Positions 54,017-63,672 of a DNA stretch of 64,000 nt are shown piece by piece. How positions within the stretch are numbered: position 1 is the stretch's first letter; every line of letters starts with the position of its first letter. Below the pieces are notes generated by a model. The model was not told the origin of the DNA, ran no database searches, and worked only from the letters and a program-made list of their open reading frames with translations. A program made the translations under genes and the position numbers. The DNA is taken from sequence record NC_048821.1; one strand, 5' to 3'.

Positions 54017-55201
54017 ATGAAAGACGTAAGACAAATGCTCATTAATCGAATGAGTGAAGTCCATATCCGTAATGCGATGGAAACAGGAGATCCAGCTAAA
54101 ATAGAGCAAGCTAACACGTTGTTTAAAGACTTGTTAGTGGAAGAAGTAACAATCAGTAACATCGAAGAAGTAGGTCGTGGTACTCAGCGTTACCGTGCGG
54201 ATATCGATCTTAGCCAACGTGGGGGTTCGGTGATCAAGCAGTACTGGTCACCGGCTAATCCTACCGAGGCTCTAATCGAATTATACGAAACGGGAGAATA
54301 TTCTCAGAACGGGGATAACGTGACCAAAATACGTCTGAGTAGTAAAGCTGCGTTTCTGCATTACTTTAATACTCATGATTTGATGACCCTGACTACTACT
54401 GGTTATTTGTCTCAAACCGAACTTGAAACCCTTTTCCCTTTTGATCCTCAAGACGTGCGTGTAGAAAACTTCGGCGACTACATCAATTTTGACGGTCCTT
54501 TCATCAGTGGTCGCATGATAGTGCGTGATGGTAAAGAAGGGATATTGACTGGGACCCACGACCCGGTGGACGTTCGCATTTGGACAGAGGATGAAAACGG
54601 GGATAAGGAAGTGGTGTTGGGTGACGTGAACTACTTCCCGGTCGGTCATAACGTGGATGCTAAGTTCCGCATTTATCTGGAGGACTCACCAGATTATCAA
54701 AGCGGTGACACATTTACGGTTTCTTATACTGGAGACTACCGACCTCTTGAAAAAGATACCCTAACTTATCAACAAGGTCAACCTTTAGAGATCCCTACCG
54801 ATGAACGTATGGTACCTGGACAAATTATCCAGTTCACTATCACCGGTAAGGGTGGGTTTAGTTGTATGGTGAGTGGTGTTGTGGTGGTTGCGCACGCTTA
54901 CACCTATACCCCAGATGGACGTATAGATATTGAAGTCACTTACCCTGAGGTCATCACTGGTAGTTTGGTATTTAAGGGTAAACCTGAACAAACTTGGTAC
55001 GTTCCTGAGGACGACCAACCACCTGGCATGTATCTCTACGATCGTGGACGCTTCGTGCACTTTGTTCCTATGGACGACACCACACTAAACGACTTTGAAC
55101 TACCTTTACTCGAGCCTGGAAAATACGGTATGTACTTCCGTTCACCGGGTAGTTACAAGAATACCTTTGGAGGACTTTTGACGGTTAACGCCCCAGAATA
55201 A
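54017..55201 (+). CDS. putative virion surface protein with shared N-terminal module and beta-sandwich domains
   Basis: N-terminus collinear with 55272..59798 (GDPAKIEQA..F..L..EEV, YWSP). Confidence 0.55.
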   Translation: MKDVRQMLINRMSEVHIRNAMETGDPAKIEQANTLFKDLLVEEVTISNIEEVGRGTQRYRADIDLSQRGGSVIKQYWSPANPTEALIELYETGEYSQNGDNVTKIRLSSKAAFLHYFNTHDLMTLTTTGYLSQTELETLFPFDPQDVRVENFGDYINFDGPFISGRMIVRDGKEGILTGTHDPVDVRIWTEDENGDKEVVLGDVNYFPVGHNVDAKFRIYLEDSPDYQSGDTFTVSYTGDYRPLEKDTLTYQQGQPLEIPTDERMVPGQIIQFTITGKGGFSCMVSGVVVVAHAYTYTPDGRIDIEVTYPEVITGSLVFKGKPEQTWYVPEDDQPPGMYLYDRGRFVHFVPMDDTTLNDFELPLLEPGKYGMYFRSPGSYKNTFGGLLTVNAPE

Positions 55202-55223
55202 CTCCTTAATTTTTTGTCATTTT

Positions 55224-55249
55224 ATGAGCGGGGGTCCGTCCCCGCTCAT
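55224..55249 (+). terminator. hairpin terminator
   Basis: ATGAGCGGGG-GTCCGT-CCCCGCTCAT then TTTT. Confidence 0.7.
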
Positions 55250-55271
55250 TTTTGACGCATGCTAAGGAAAC

Positions 55272-58200
55272 ATGATGAAACATATTCGACAAATCCTGTT
55301 GGACAAAACCGCACTGATTCGAATCAGTTACGCTGAGTCCCAAGGTGACCCGGCGGAGATCGCTTTAGCTAAATCCCGCTTCGACGGTCTGATGGACGAC
55401 GAGGTCCAGTTTCTAAGTATTAAAGAACGTTACGAAGGTGCCGGTACTTTCATCGGTGAAATCAAATTAACTGGCCGTGATGGGTTTGAATTCGTTCAAG
55501 AATGGTCCCCGGGTGATACCGTTCCAGTATTAAGTAAGAAAGAACGCATTAAGGTCCCTAACCTAGAAGTATTCCGTAATATCGTTATTCCTGGACTTTA
55601 TTACGTTGAAGACATTGCCGAACTATGTTTGGTAGTAAAAGAGTCCATGTCAATCCTGGATATCCAGAAGCTATTAGGTTTTGAATTTGACCCAGGTGAA
55701 CTAGAAGTTCGCTTGAGTCACTTAAAGGTACAGTCCCCTATCGTGGACGGCACGTTACCCCTTAAAACAGTGACACCTAATCCAGACGGTACTATGACTG
55801 ACGGGACAGGTATTAATATTACGGACTCTTCTGTTGAAGGTAATATTTTGCCAGCCAACCCATACGCCCCTACTCAATACATTACTGTGGAACGAGTAGG
55901 TAGTGAACCGGTAATGTCGGCAGAAATTGATAAAGCTTTTAAAGCTGAATTCGTTGGCACGTACCGTCAAGGTGAGATCATCGAAGGGACTCTAGGTGAA
56001 GATAACACTTTCAACTTAGACTTGGACCTTAAGAATCAACAAACCGACGATTTACAGATGATCGTTTCTGTAGGTCTAGACCGTGATAAACTTACCGATG
56101 TTTACTCAGTCACTTATATTGACGAACATTGGACTATTGGTGAAGTCACCACACCAGTAGAGTTAACTCGTGTTGGACACCCTTTCCGTATTGCAGGTCA
56201 TGTGGTCGGGGACTTTGGACGCACACCTTGGGGTGACGAACTCCATGAACCTAAGATCATCATTGAAGAAGTTGATCAAGAACCGGTTGTGGTTCAATTC
56301 GACACAAACGGGATGTTTGATATTCAACACACCCCAGTAGTGGCGGGTGACATGACCATTAAATTTGTTTGTGGTCTTCCTCAAGATCTGAACGTATTCT
56401 CTGAAACACATCAGATCCTTGCTGCATTGTCAGTCGACGATCTCGTCTTAGGTCCTTTGACTGCGGATAAAACCGAAGTAAGAGCTGATGAGTTAGTCAC
56501 ACTCACCAGCACACTGCGTTCATCAGACGGACTAACCCTTACCGATACCCCAGTGGACTTTATCGTTGACGACCAAGTAACCAGTCAACTATTCGCCTCT
56601 CCGGAAGGTGTATTAGAACACATTTACGATGTAGAGAACGATACTCTGGATCCCGTAACTTACGCTGTTAAATTACGACTTGGTACCGATGAGAGCAATG
56701 TGATTACGATTACGGTTCAACCATCTGATCAAGTCCCTGGTCGTTTTGAAATTATCAACGACCAAGGTGAGTTATTTAAAGAAGGTGAGTTGCGCTTCCG
56801 TATTTACGACACGGTAGATCGTCCTATGGTCGGTACTAGCGGTACTTGGTTCCGCGAAGGTGGCGCACCTAAAGCTTACGCTGTGGACGGTGAAGAATAC
56901 GTAGCTACGCTAGATTCTCCGGTTGACGTTGAAAACACTGTGGTTGAATCAATCACATTAAAATGTCAATCACTAGAAACTCCAGTAGACTTCACCTGGA
57001 ATTTGGTTCGTCGTTTCGATGAAGTGTTCTTAGAACCTGATAACCCAACGACTGGTGTAACTGACGACACCATTACCTTAACAGGTAAAACCTTGGATCA
57101 AATCGATGACCCAGTGGGCAATGTTCCATTAGTGTTTAAAACTGATGGTCTTAAGGTCTCTGACATCACATCCAACGAACTGGGTGTGTTCAGTGTGGAA
57201 GTAAGTGAGAGTGATGAAGCGGAACATCTATATTCGTTTATTGGTGAGAACGATATCGGTGCTTCTTTAGCAGTAACCTGGGCAAAAGTTCACCAACTAA
57301 CTTCTATTGACTTGACTAGTCCTACTACAGTAAGTCTCTTTACTGATGAAACCTTCCAGGTTACCGGTAGACTGTTGGATCAGTATTCAGAGAACCTAGT
57401 AGGTGAAACTGTGACGTTAGAGTTCCCTGACGGTTATACTGAACAACAAGTTACAACCGAGTCGGGCTTTAGCTTCACAGCGACTTACCGTGATAACGGT
57501 TCCCTATCGCACACCATTAACGTTAAGGCTGGAGAGTTCACCACCCCAATTAATGTGACTTGGGAAGTTAAGAGTGAACCTATCATCGCTAACCTTACCG
57601 TGGTTCCTAACACGGTAGATATTGGTGAAGATTACACCGTGACTGGTGAAATCGAAGTCAACTACCCTCACGATTGGTCAAGCACTCGTGTTGCTATCAC
57701 CAACGATGCAGGTGAAACAACTAACGTGACTTGTGCGACTGATGGTACGTTTACTTATACCGGTACTGCAAGTGCGCAAGGAACCCACCAGATCAGTGCT
57801 GATGCTGTGGACGTAGTAACACCTGAAGAAGCCATCACGTTAACTGTTCGTGAACCTCGTGTCCCGACCGCTATTAACGTTCTTAACCTACCTGAGAGTG
57901 CAAATACTTTTGAAGGTCAAACCGCTACTATTACAGGTAACGTACTAGATCAAGAAAGTGAAGTCATTGATACTGAAGTCACTGCAACCCTTGACGGGAC
58001 ACCATTGACCAACACCGCGGTAGAACCTGGAACGTTCAGCTTTGACGCTACTCACGACGGCGTAGGTACCGCAGTGATGACAATCAGTGCTGGTGATGTG
58101 ACACGTGATGTAACAATTACATGGCGTGCAGTCACTTACGAATTCACTAACGTTAAGATGTTAGAAGAATCCGTGCTTCAGGGCGAAGCGTTTGGCTTCC

Positions 58201-59798
58201 AAGGCACTTTGTTCAGTGAAGGCGGTGGTAACGTAGCCGGTAAGACTATCGAAGTATTAGATAGTTCTAACAATCCACTGACTACCGTGGTTACTGAACC
58301 TGATGGTTCTTACTCTGGCACTTACACGTCCAACACCCCTGGTGCGCTGGCGGTTAAATTCCGTTACGGTACGGTAGAGAGTGGACAGTACACGGTAATT
58401 ATCCGTGAGATCATGGTACCGACTACGGTTTCAATCAACACTGATCCTAAGACCTCAGACATTAACCAATCAGTCACTTTCGCTGGCCTAGTTAAAGACC
58501 AGAAAGGTAACATTATGGTTGGTGTGTTAGCTGAACTTAAAGAAGGTGGCACGACACTGGCTTCACAGGAAACGTTGTTCAACGGTCGCTTTAGCATCGA
58601 TCACACTGAAACCGATGCAGGTGTTAAAACTTACACTGTTAAGGTTGGTGATGTTACTCACGACATCCAAGTTACTTGGGTTGATCCTAACTTAGTTACT
58701 GAAATCAATCAAATCGCACCAATCGATAACGACGTAGTAGCGGGTGAAGAACTTAGTGTAACAGTAGAAATGTTAAACTCTTCAGGTGATGTGGTTTCAA
58801 GTAAAGAACCAACGTTCACTTACACTGGTGCAGCGACTCCGACTCAAGCTGGTAATGTGTTCACCATCACTGAAACCGAAGCAGCAACCGCTACCTTGAC
58901 GGTGAGTGCGGACGGTGTAGACCTTCCAATCGAACTAACATGGTCAGCTCCTCCAGCGGTTTACAGTACTATCGAGGTAGTCTCAGGTGAAACTACGGGT
59001 ACGACAGGTGAATCAGTTTCAGTTAAGATCGTGACTAAAGACCAAAACGGTGATCCAATGTCTAACCAAGCGGTTACTTGGAATACCGGTGGTGCGCCAT
59101 TCCCAGTTAGCTTTACTGACGGAAACGGTGAACTCACATTCAGCTTCAGCTCTGAGGATGAAGGTGCGGTAACGTATAACTTCTCAGGTGGTGCTGGTGT
59201 AACTGGTACTTCACACACCATCACTTGGGCAAACCCAGCTCCCGTTTACAGTGCTATTGAGTTAGTGTCTGGTGCAACAACTGGAGAAGTAGGCACACCT
59301 ACGGAAGTCGTTATTCGTACCGTGGATCAAAACGGCAACCCAATGGCGGATCAATCAGTATCGTGGAATACTGGTGGAATCCCATTCCCGACATCGACTT
59401 CAGACTCAGAAGGTAAGATCGTTTATAATTTTGAGTCAGAAGAAGCCAAAGAAGTTACCTATAACTTCAGCGGTGGCACTGGTGTGACCAAACTCAACCA
59501 CACCATCACGTGGTCTGAACCTACTCCGGTTTACACAGGCATTGATGTTCAACACGGTAATCTGGATGTCGCGGCGGGTGAAACAGTAACCTTCACTATC
59601 ACTACTCTTGACCAGAATGGACAACCAATGGATCAAGAACAAGTGGTGATGTACGACGGCAACATGACTTGGCCGGCTCGTACCTCTAATCTAGAAGGTG
59701 TGGTCGTGTTTGAGTTTACGGAAGCCGAAGCTAAGAGTGTGACCTACGCCTTCCTAGGTGGAGACGATCGTAAAGAGTACACCGTAACTTGGAGTTAA
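55272..59798 (+). CDS. very large Ig-like (Big_1-type) repeat virion protein
   Basis: about 10 T/V/G-rich ~95-aa modules with xDQNGxPMxxQxVxW motifs; acidic. Confidence 0.75.
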   Translation: MMKHIRQILLDKTALIRISYAESQGDPAEIALAKSRFDGLMDDEVQFLSIKERYEGAGTFIGEIKLTGRDGFEFVQEWSPGDTVPVLSKKERIKVPNLEVFRNIVIPGLYYVEDIAELCLVVKESMSILDIQKLLGFEFDPGELEVRLSHLKVQSPIVDGTLPLKTVTPNPDGTMTDGTGINITDSSVEGNILPANPYAPTQYITVERVGSEPVMSAEIDKAFKAEFVGTYRQGEIIEGTLGEDNTFNLDLDLKNQQTDDLQMIVSVGLDRDKLTDVYSVTYIDEHWTIGEVTTPVELTRVGHPFRIAGHVVGDFGRTPWGDELHEPKIIIEEVDQEPVVVQFDTNGMFDIQHTPVVAGDMTIKFVCGLPQDLNVFSETHQILAALSVDDLVLGPLTADKTEVRADELVTLTSTLRSSDGLTLTDTPVDFIVDDQVTSQLFASPEGVLEHIYDVENDTLDPVTYAVKLRLGTDESNVITITVQPSDQVPGRFEIINDQGELFKEGELRFRIYDTVDRPMVGTSGTWFREGGAPKAYAVDGEEYVATLDSPVDVENTVVESITLKCQSLETPVDFTWNLVRRFDEVFLEPDNPTTGVTDDTITLTGKTLDQIDDPVGNVPLVFKTDGLKVSDITSNELGVFSVEVSESDEAEHLYSFIGENDIGASLAVTWAKVHQLTSIDLTSPTTVSLFTDETFQVTGRLLDQYSENLVGETVTLEFPDGYTEQQVTTESGFSFTATYRDNGSLSHTINVKAGEFTTPINVTWEVKSEPIIANLTVVPNTVDIGEDYTVTGEIEVNYPHDWSSTRVAITNDAGETTNVTCATDGTFTYTGTASAQGTHQISADAVDVVTPEEAITLTVREPRVPTAINVLNLPESANTFEGQTATITGNVLDQESEVIDTEVTATLDGTPLTNTAVEPGTFSFDATHDGVGTAVMTISAGDVTRDVTITWRAVTYEFTNVKMLEESVLQGEAFGFQGTLFSEGGGNVAGKTIEVLDSSNNPLTTVVTEPDGSYSGTYTSNTPGALAVKFRYGTVESGQYTVIIREIMVPTTVSINTDPKTSDINQSVTFAGLVKDQKGNIMVGVLAELKEGGTTLASQETLFNGRFSIDHTETDAGVKTYTVKVGDVTHDIQVTWVDPNLVTEINQIAPIDNDVVAGEELSVTVEMLNSSGDVVSSKEPTFTYTGAATPTQAGNVFTITETEAATATLTVSADGVDLPIELTWSAPPAVYSTIEVVSGETTGTTGESVSVKIVTKDQNGDPMSNQAVTWNTGGAPFPVSFTDGNGELTFSFSSEDEGAVTYNFSGGAGVTGTSHTITWANPAPVYSAIELVSGATTGEVGTPTEVVIRTVDQNGNPMADQSVSWNTGGIPFPTSTSDSEGKIVYNFESEEAKEVTYNFSGGTGVTKLNHTITWSEPTPVYTGIDVQHGNLDVAAGETVTFTITTLDQNGQPMDQEQVVMYDGNMTWPARTSNLEGVVVFEFTEAEAKSVTYAFLGGDDRKEYTVTWS
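58959..59798 (+). repeat. three tandem Ig-like units at 285-nt spacing
   Basis: VYSTIEVVSG (58959), VYSAIELVSG (59244), VYTGIDVQHG (59529). Confidence 0.8.
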
Positions 59799-59829
59799 CT
59801 CTAAATCAAAATAATTAAAATAAGAAATA

Positions 59830-59854
59830 TAAAGCGGACTAAACATCCGCTTTA
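59830..59854 (+). terminator. hairpin terminator
   Basis: TAAAGCGGA-CTAAACA-TCCGCTTTA. Confidence 0.6.
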
Positions 59855-59859
59855 TATTA

Positions 59860-59886
59860 TTTCGAGTCTATATCATAAGAGTGTAA
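59860..59886 (+). promoter_or_regulatory. early promoter candidate
   Basis: TTTCGAGTCTATATCATAAGAGTGTAA heads a block of hypothetical genes. Confidence 0.45.
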
Positions 59887-59907
59887 GGGAAACTTAATTA
59901 AGCTTTT

Positions 59908-60678
59908 ATGAGTAAGGAAATGTCTATGCAACATCAACGTTATTGTCATGACTTCCAGAAGTTAATGGTCTCTTTGTCATGGCTAGGGCAAATTATGGGT
60001 TACGTGGAAGTGTTCGATGAATACCGAGACCGTAAACTCATTAGTACCGACCATGTGTCGTTTGGCATACACCATGAAAACCAATACGCTTCGTTCTTCT
60101 TTGTAGATGAAGATGGTAAGTATCATGAAGTCACTCTGAATGATAAAGGTCGTGTCCCGGCTGTTAAAGTGGTTCAAGAACTCCGCACACTTATTTTAAA
60201 TCAACCGGAATTATTCCGATTGTTAGCAGAGAACGCTGAATCACTTAATTCATTAGTCATCAAAGTGGTAGGGGAAACCATGAAACTCCACAGCGATGAC
60301 TTAGCCAGTAAGTTACTACGATATGGACTGAGTGATTACCAAAAGCTCCTGGATGAAGATCTAAAGGACTTTAGCAGTAATTGGATGTCTTTATGGGTGT
60401 GGTTCTTCACACTCCCTCATATCGCCGCAGAGTTCGATTTAAAGCTAGATGAATCGATCACGTTAACTTATTGTATGATTCGTCCTCGTTCCAGAGAGTA
60501 TTGTGAAACAAAAGTTCAAATGGTTCATACCGAGTTAGATAACTTTTACGTCACGTTACACTTTGAAACGATCAATACCAACAACAGCGCCATCGTGTAC
60601 AAACATTTGGATCCAACGTTCTGGGACGATAATCGTCTGGATTCATTTGAACTCATCCAACATCTATATCAAGGTTAA
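59908..60678 (+). CDS. hypothetical protein
   Basis: 256 aa. Confidence 0.65.
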   Translation: MSKEMSMQHQRYCHDFQKLMVSLSWLGQIMGYVEVFDEYRDRKLISTDHVSFGIHHENQYASFFFVDEDGKYHEVTLNDKGRVPAVKVVQELRTLILNQPELFRLLAENAESLNSLVIKVVGETMKLHSDDLASKLLRYGLSDYQKLLDEDLKDFSSNWMSLWVWFFTLPHIAAEFDLKLDESITLTYCMIRPRSREYCETKVQMVHTELDNFYVTLHFETINTNNSAIVYKHLDPTFWDDNRLDSFELIQHLYQG

Positions 60679-60680
60679 CG

Positions 60681-60708
60681 ACTAAGGGTGTCTTCGGACA
60701 CCTTTAGT
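60681..60708 (+). terminator. UUCG stem-loop
   Basis: ACTAAGGGTGTC-TTCG-GACACCTTTAGT. Confidence 0.6.
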
Positions 60709-60725
60709 TACTTACCGGAGTCAGT

Positions 60726-61745
60726 ATGAAAAAATTAATACAAGCTATAAAAACCACCTTAGGTGGGCTCGATGTAAACTTTGTTCCTTTTGCAACTGAG
60801 GTGAGTGGAGACCATAATGTTGTTTTGGAATGCCGATCTCCTGAAGATTGGAAGTTAAGGACAGCTGAACAAGAAGACATCTTAACTTGTAGTCAAGGTA
60901 AGGTGGACGTAATTTTTAAAGAACACCCTAATAAGTTCAACTACTTAATCGGACGTTTAGGTGACGCAGTAAACCTAGCTTACTTAGACCACCGTGACAT
61001 CAATCGATGGATTCCTAGAATTGTGGATCGTGATATCACGCGTGGTTATTTTAACCTACTCGTTACGATCCGAACTATTCTTCGACACCTAAAAGCTAAT
61101 GAAGAAGATTTCCCGTTCCCAATTAAGTTGAATGAAGATACTACTTTACCTATGTTTCTAGGTCGTTACAGCGATCACCCAGACTTAATCCTTTGGTCCT
61201 TTGAATTGGAAGGGACTGAGATATGGCAGTTCTTGGATGACCCTGAACCTTGTCATACCCCAACGAGTGAACGTTTGGCTATGTGGTGTTCCCGTAATGA
61301 ATTGGTCGTGGATGAGCTAATTCAACAACTCCGCCAAGAGGCAAAGACTCGTTTCGGTGTGGAGTTCCATTACGATCCTCCTGTTGGCCTAACTATTCTG
61401 GCTGAGCTAATGGATCACCCTAAGTACCTTTCTACTTACGGACACTTACCTGCTCCTCATATAGAAGGGACTAAAGATGGTGTTTCTTTATCCTTGAGCC
61501 CTAGTGAAGAACATGGACGTATTTTGGAAGTGGAAATCGAAGATAAGCATTTCTGTGTCTCTGTGGAATCAGGAGCGGTCTTAGATCTACCTGAAGACAT
61601 TCTCCCAAGTGACTACTTAAAATTGAATGTGGTGCTTATCACGTACATTTACAACTACTTTGGGAATCATGATGCGGAACCCTATGGTCGTGTGTTGTTC
61701 TGCGATATGATCGACGAGAAAATCAACCAACTCACCGAGATTTAA
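60726..61745 (+). CDS. hypothetical protein
   Basis: 339 aa, GGAG RBS. Confidence 0.7.
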   Translation: MKKLIQAIKTTLGGLDVNFVPFATEVSGDHNVVLECRSPEDWKLRTAEQEDILTCSQGKVDVIFKEHPNKFNYLIGRLGDAVNLAYLDHRDINRWIPRIVDRDITRGYFNLLVTIRTILRHLKANEEDFPFPIKLNEDTTLPMFLGRYSDHPDLILWSFELEGTEIWQFLDDPEPCHTPTSERLAMWCSRNELVVDELIQQLRQEAKTRFGVEFHYDPPVGLTILAELMDHPKYLSTYGHLPAPHIEGTKDGVSLSLSPSEEHGRILEVEIEDKHFCVSVESGAVLDLPEDILPSDYLKLNVVLITYIYNYFGNHDAEPYGRVLFCDMIDEKINQLTEI

Positions 61746-61748
61746 ATT

Positions 61749-62081
61749 ATGTTAGAAACCCAATTAGAGCTTTACAAAAAGACCATCGAAGAAACTAACC
61801 AAATCACTACCCACGCGCCAACCGGGAAATACTTCAAAGTCCTTAACTTTGAAATTCTGGTGACCGCTACTAAGATATCTGTCCCGGGAACCGATAACCT
61901 CCCAGCGCTAGAAACCAGCAAACTGGACCCAGTAGAACGTGAATTACTCGTCGGCGTCAAGAAGGTTTTTGAGGGACCTTATTTAAGTGCAACGGATATC
62001 TTGCCTGATGGCACCCCATTCCAAAAAGCCTGGGTGGTAGGAGATTACTTATTTGGTCTCACCTTTAAAAAGACTCGATAA
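61749..62081 (+). CDS. hypothetical protein
   Basis: 110 aa. Confidence 0.55.
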   Translation: MLETQLELYKKTIEETNQITTHAPTGKYFKVLNFEILVTATKISVPGTDNLPALETSKLDPVERELLVGVKKVFEGPYLSATDILPDGTPFQKAWVVGDYLFGLTFKKTR

Positions 62082-62175
62082 GTAACTTTAGACTGTGCCT
62101 TTGAATTTTATTGATCAAAAAACTTCACTCTCTCAAAAAAAGTGAAAACTCAGTAAAAATAATAAGGTACAGTCT

Positions 62176-62628
62176 ATGAAAGCGTCACTAGCGGAAATGA
62201 TTAAGCGTTTGGTAATCTCACAACACGGTATTAGTTTAGATGGGGAATTCGAAGTCAACTTTGACACCATCAAACAAAACCCAGATTATCCAGATCGTTT
62301 CACGGCAGAGGGGTTTAACAACGGCAAACGAATTCCATTATCTTGGAAACGTGTAAGTATCACACCTAAACTCAATGACCTTTGTAACACCCAGGGTGAA
62401 CGAAAGCATGGAGAAGAAGGGTTGTACTACGACGAAGGTGCCATGCATCATTATGTTGCTGTTCGTCCTAACCACAAGCTCGAAGACATTAACCGCTTAC
62501 TAGGTTCTTCTTTTACGGAAGATCAACTCTTATTTAAACCGGAAGGTTTTGAAGGCCGTTGGGTATTAAACCACCCATGTTATTACGGTCGTATTTTCAC
62601 CAACGTCTTGCTACCTGAAGCAAGCTAA
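62176..62628 (+). CDS. stand-alone copy of the N-terminal module of the Ig-like proteins
   Basis: GLYYDE...DINRLLGSSF..DQL..HP.YYG vs GLYYVE...DIQKLLGFEF..GEL..SP.VDG in 55272..59798. Confidence 0.55.
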   Translation: MKASLAEMIKRLVISQHGISLDGEFEVNFDTIKQNPDYPDRFTAEGFNNGKRIPLSWKRVSITPKLNDLCNTQGERKHGEEGLYYDEGAMHHYVAVRPNHKLEDINRLLGSSFTEDQLLFKPEGFEGRWVLNHPCYYGRIFTNVLLPEAS

Positions 62629-62648
62629 TAGATTAAGGTTTTATAACC

Positions 62649-63173
62649 ATGAGCAAGGAAATAATTTTTATAAAAATGGCAGAGGATTTTGCTAGTTCAG
62701 TTGTCTCTCTACGTAAAAGCAGTGAGTCTGCTTGTTTGCGTGGAATCTCTACTCGGCTTAATGATGCTCGTCGTCAAGTACATCGTGAAGTAACACACCT
62801 AGGGGCGAAACCGGGAACACTCACTGTTTCCAACTGCATTCAAATGACGGTTTTACCTAAAGGGTTTACTTCTACACTGAACACCAAACTCGGTCTCAAG
62901 AACGGACTCAAGTACAAAGAGTTCCCTGTCACCAATGATTTGAAGCGGGTATTACCGGAAGAGTTTTTCCGTCATATTTGCGTAGAGTCTTACCGTCTTG
63001 CTAAAGAAGAAAATGGTAAGTACTTTACAGGTGAAGATTTACAAGAACGCTTTGTAGACCAACTCAATAATCATTTACCTGAAGACAGTCGTTTGGGATT
63101 AAGTGGGACGATATTCAACCCCCACACTCCTAGCGCGTCTTTTAACCTAGTGTTAACGGATTTGGTAGAATGA
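62649..63173 (+). CDS. hypothetical protein
   Basis: 174 aa. Confidence 0.6.
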   Translation: MSKEIIFIKMAEDFASSVVSLRKSSESACLRGISTRLNDARRQVHREVTHLGAKPGTLTVSNCIQMTVLPKGFTSTLNTKLGLKNGLKYKEFPVTNDLKRVLPEEFFRHICVESYRLAKEENGKYFTGEDLQERFVDQLNNHLPEDSRLGLSGTIFNPHTPSASFNLVLTDLVE

Positions 63174-63174
63174 T

Positions 63175-63672
63175 ATGGATACTGACCTCCCTGACCTCCC
63201 TGATGACATAGACGTCTCCAGGTCGGCATTGTACTCGCACCAACAATACTGGTGTGTGGTGGAAAAACGGGAAGGTAAGTGGTTAGGTTACGTTGGTTCC
63301 TCCGGTAAGGGGAACCAACGTACCAAGTATGCTGCTTTTACTATTTTCCGACCAGTTCACTCTAACGATCTAGTTAGTGTGTTATTTGAATTCTTAACCA
63401 ACCAACATTTATTTAATCAGTTCAGTCGTCGAACTTACAAGTTCGTATTAGCGACTTTAAAACAATTACTCGACACTTTAGATGAAACAGAGTGGAAGGT
63501 AAATTATCGTAATCGTAAGGCATCCCTCTACTTAAAAGAAGGTCGTAAGATCGGATTGAAGGTAGCAGGTACACACAATCTTATTTTAAACATAGATGAC
63601 TGGAAACCAAGCATAGTAGATAAACGAGTCTTTCAGCATCATCACTTCATTAAGGAATCTTTCCATGCATAA
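63175..63672 (+). CDS. hypothetical protein
   Basis: 165 aa. Confidence 0.6.
   Translation: MDTDLPDLPDDIDVSRSALYSHQQYWCVVEKREGKWLGYVGSSGKGNQRTKYAAFTIFRPVHSNDLVSVLFEFLTNQHLFNQFSRRTYKFVLATLKQLLDTLDETEWKVNYRNRKASLYLKEGRKIGLKVAGTHNLILNIDDWKPSIVDKRVFQHHHFIKESFHA

Noticed and set aside
1885-61960. Many 60-150-aa antisense or nested ORFs in the track (e.g. 14545..14859, 19805..20149, 39461..39910, 54281..54649)
   Set aside because: They lie inside long genes on the opposite strand or frame, lack RBSs, and look like shadows of biased codon use.
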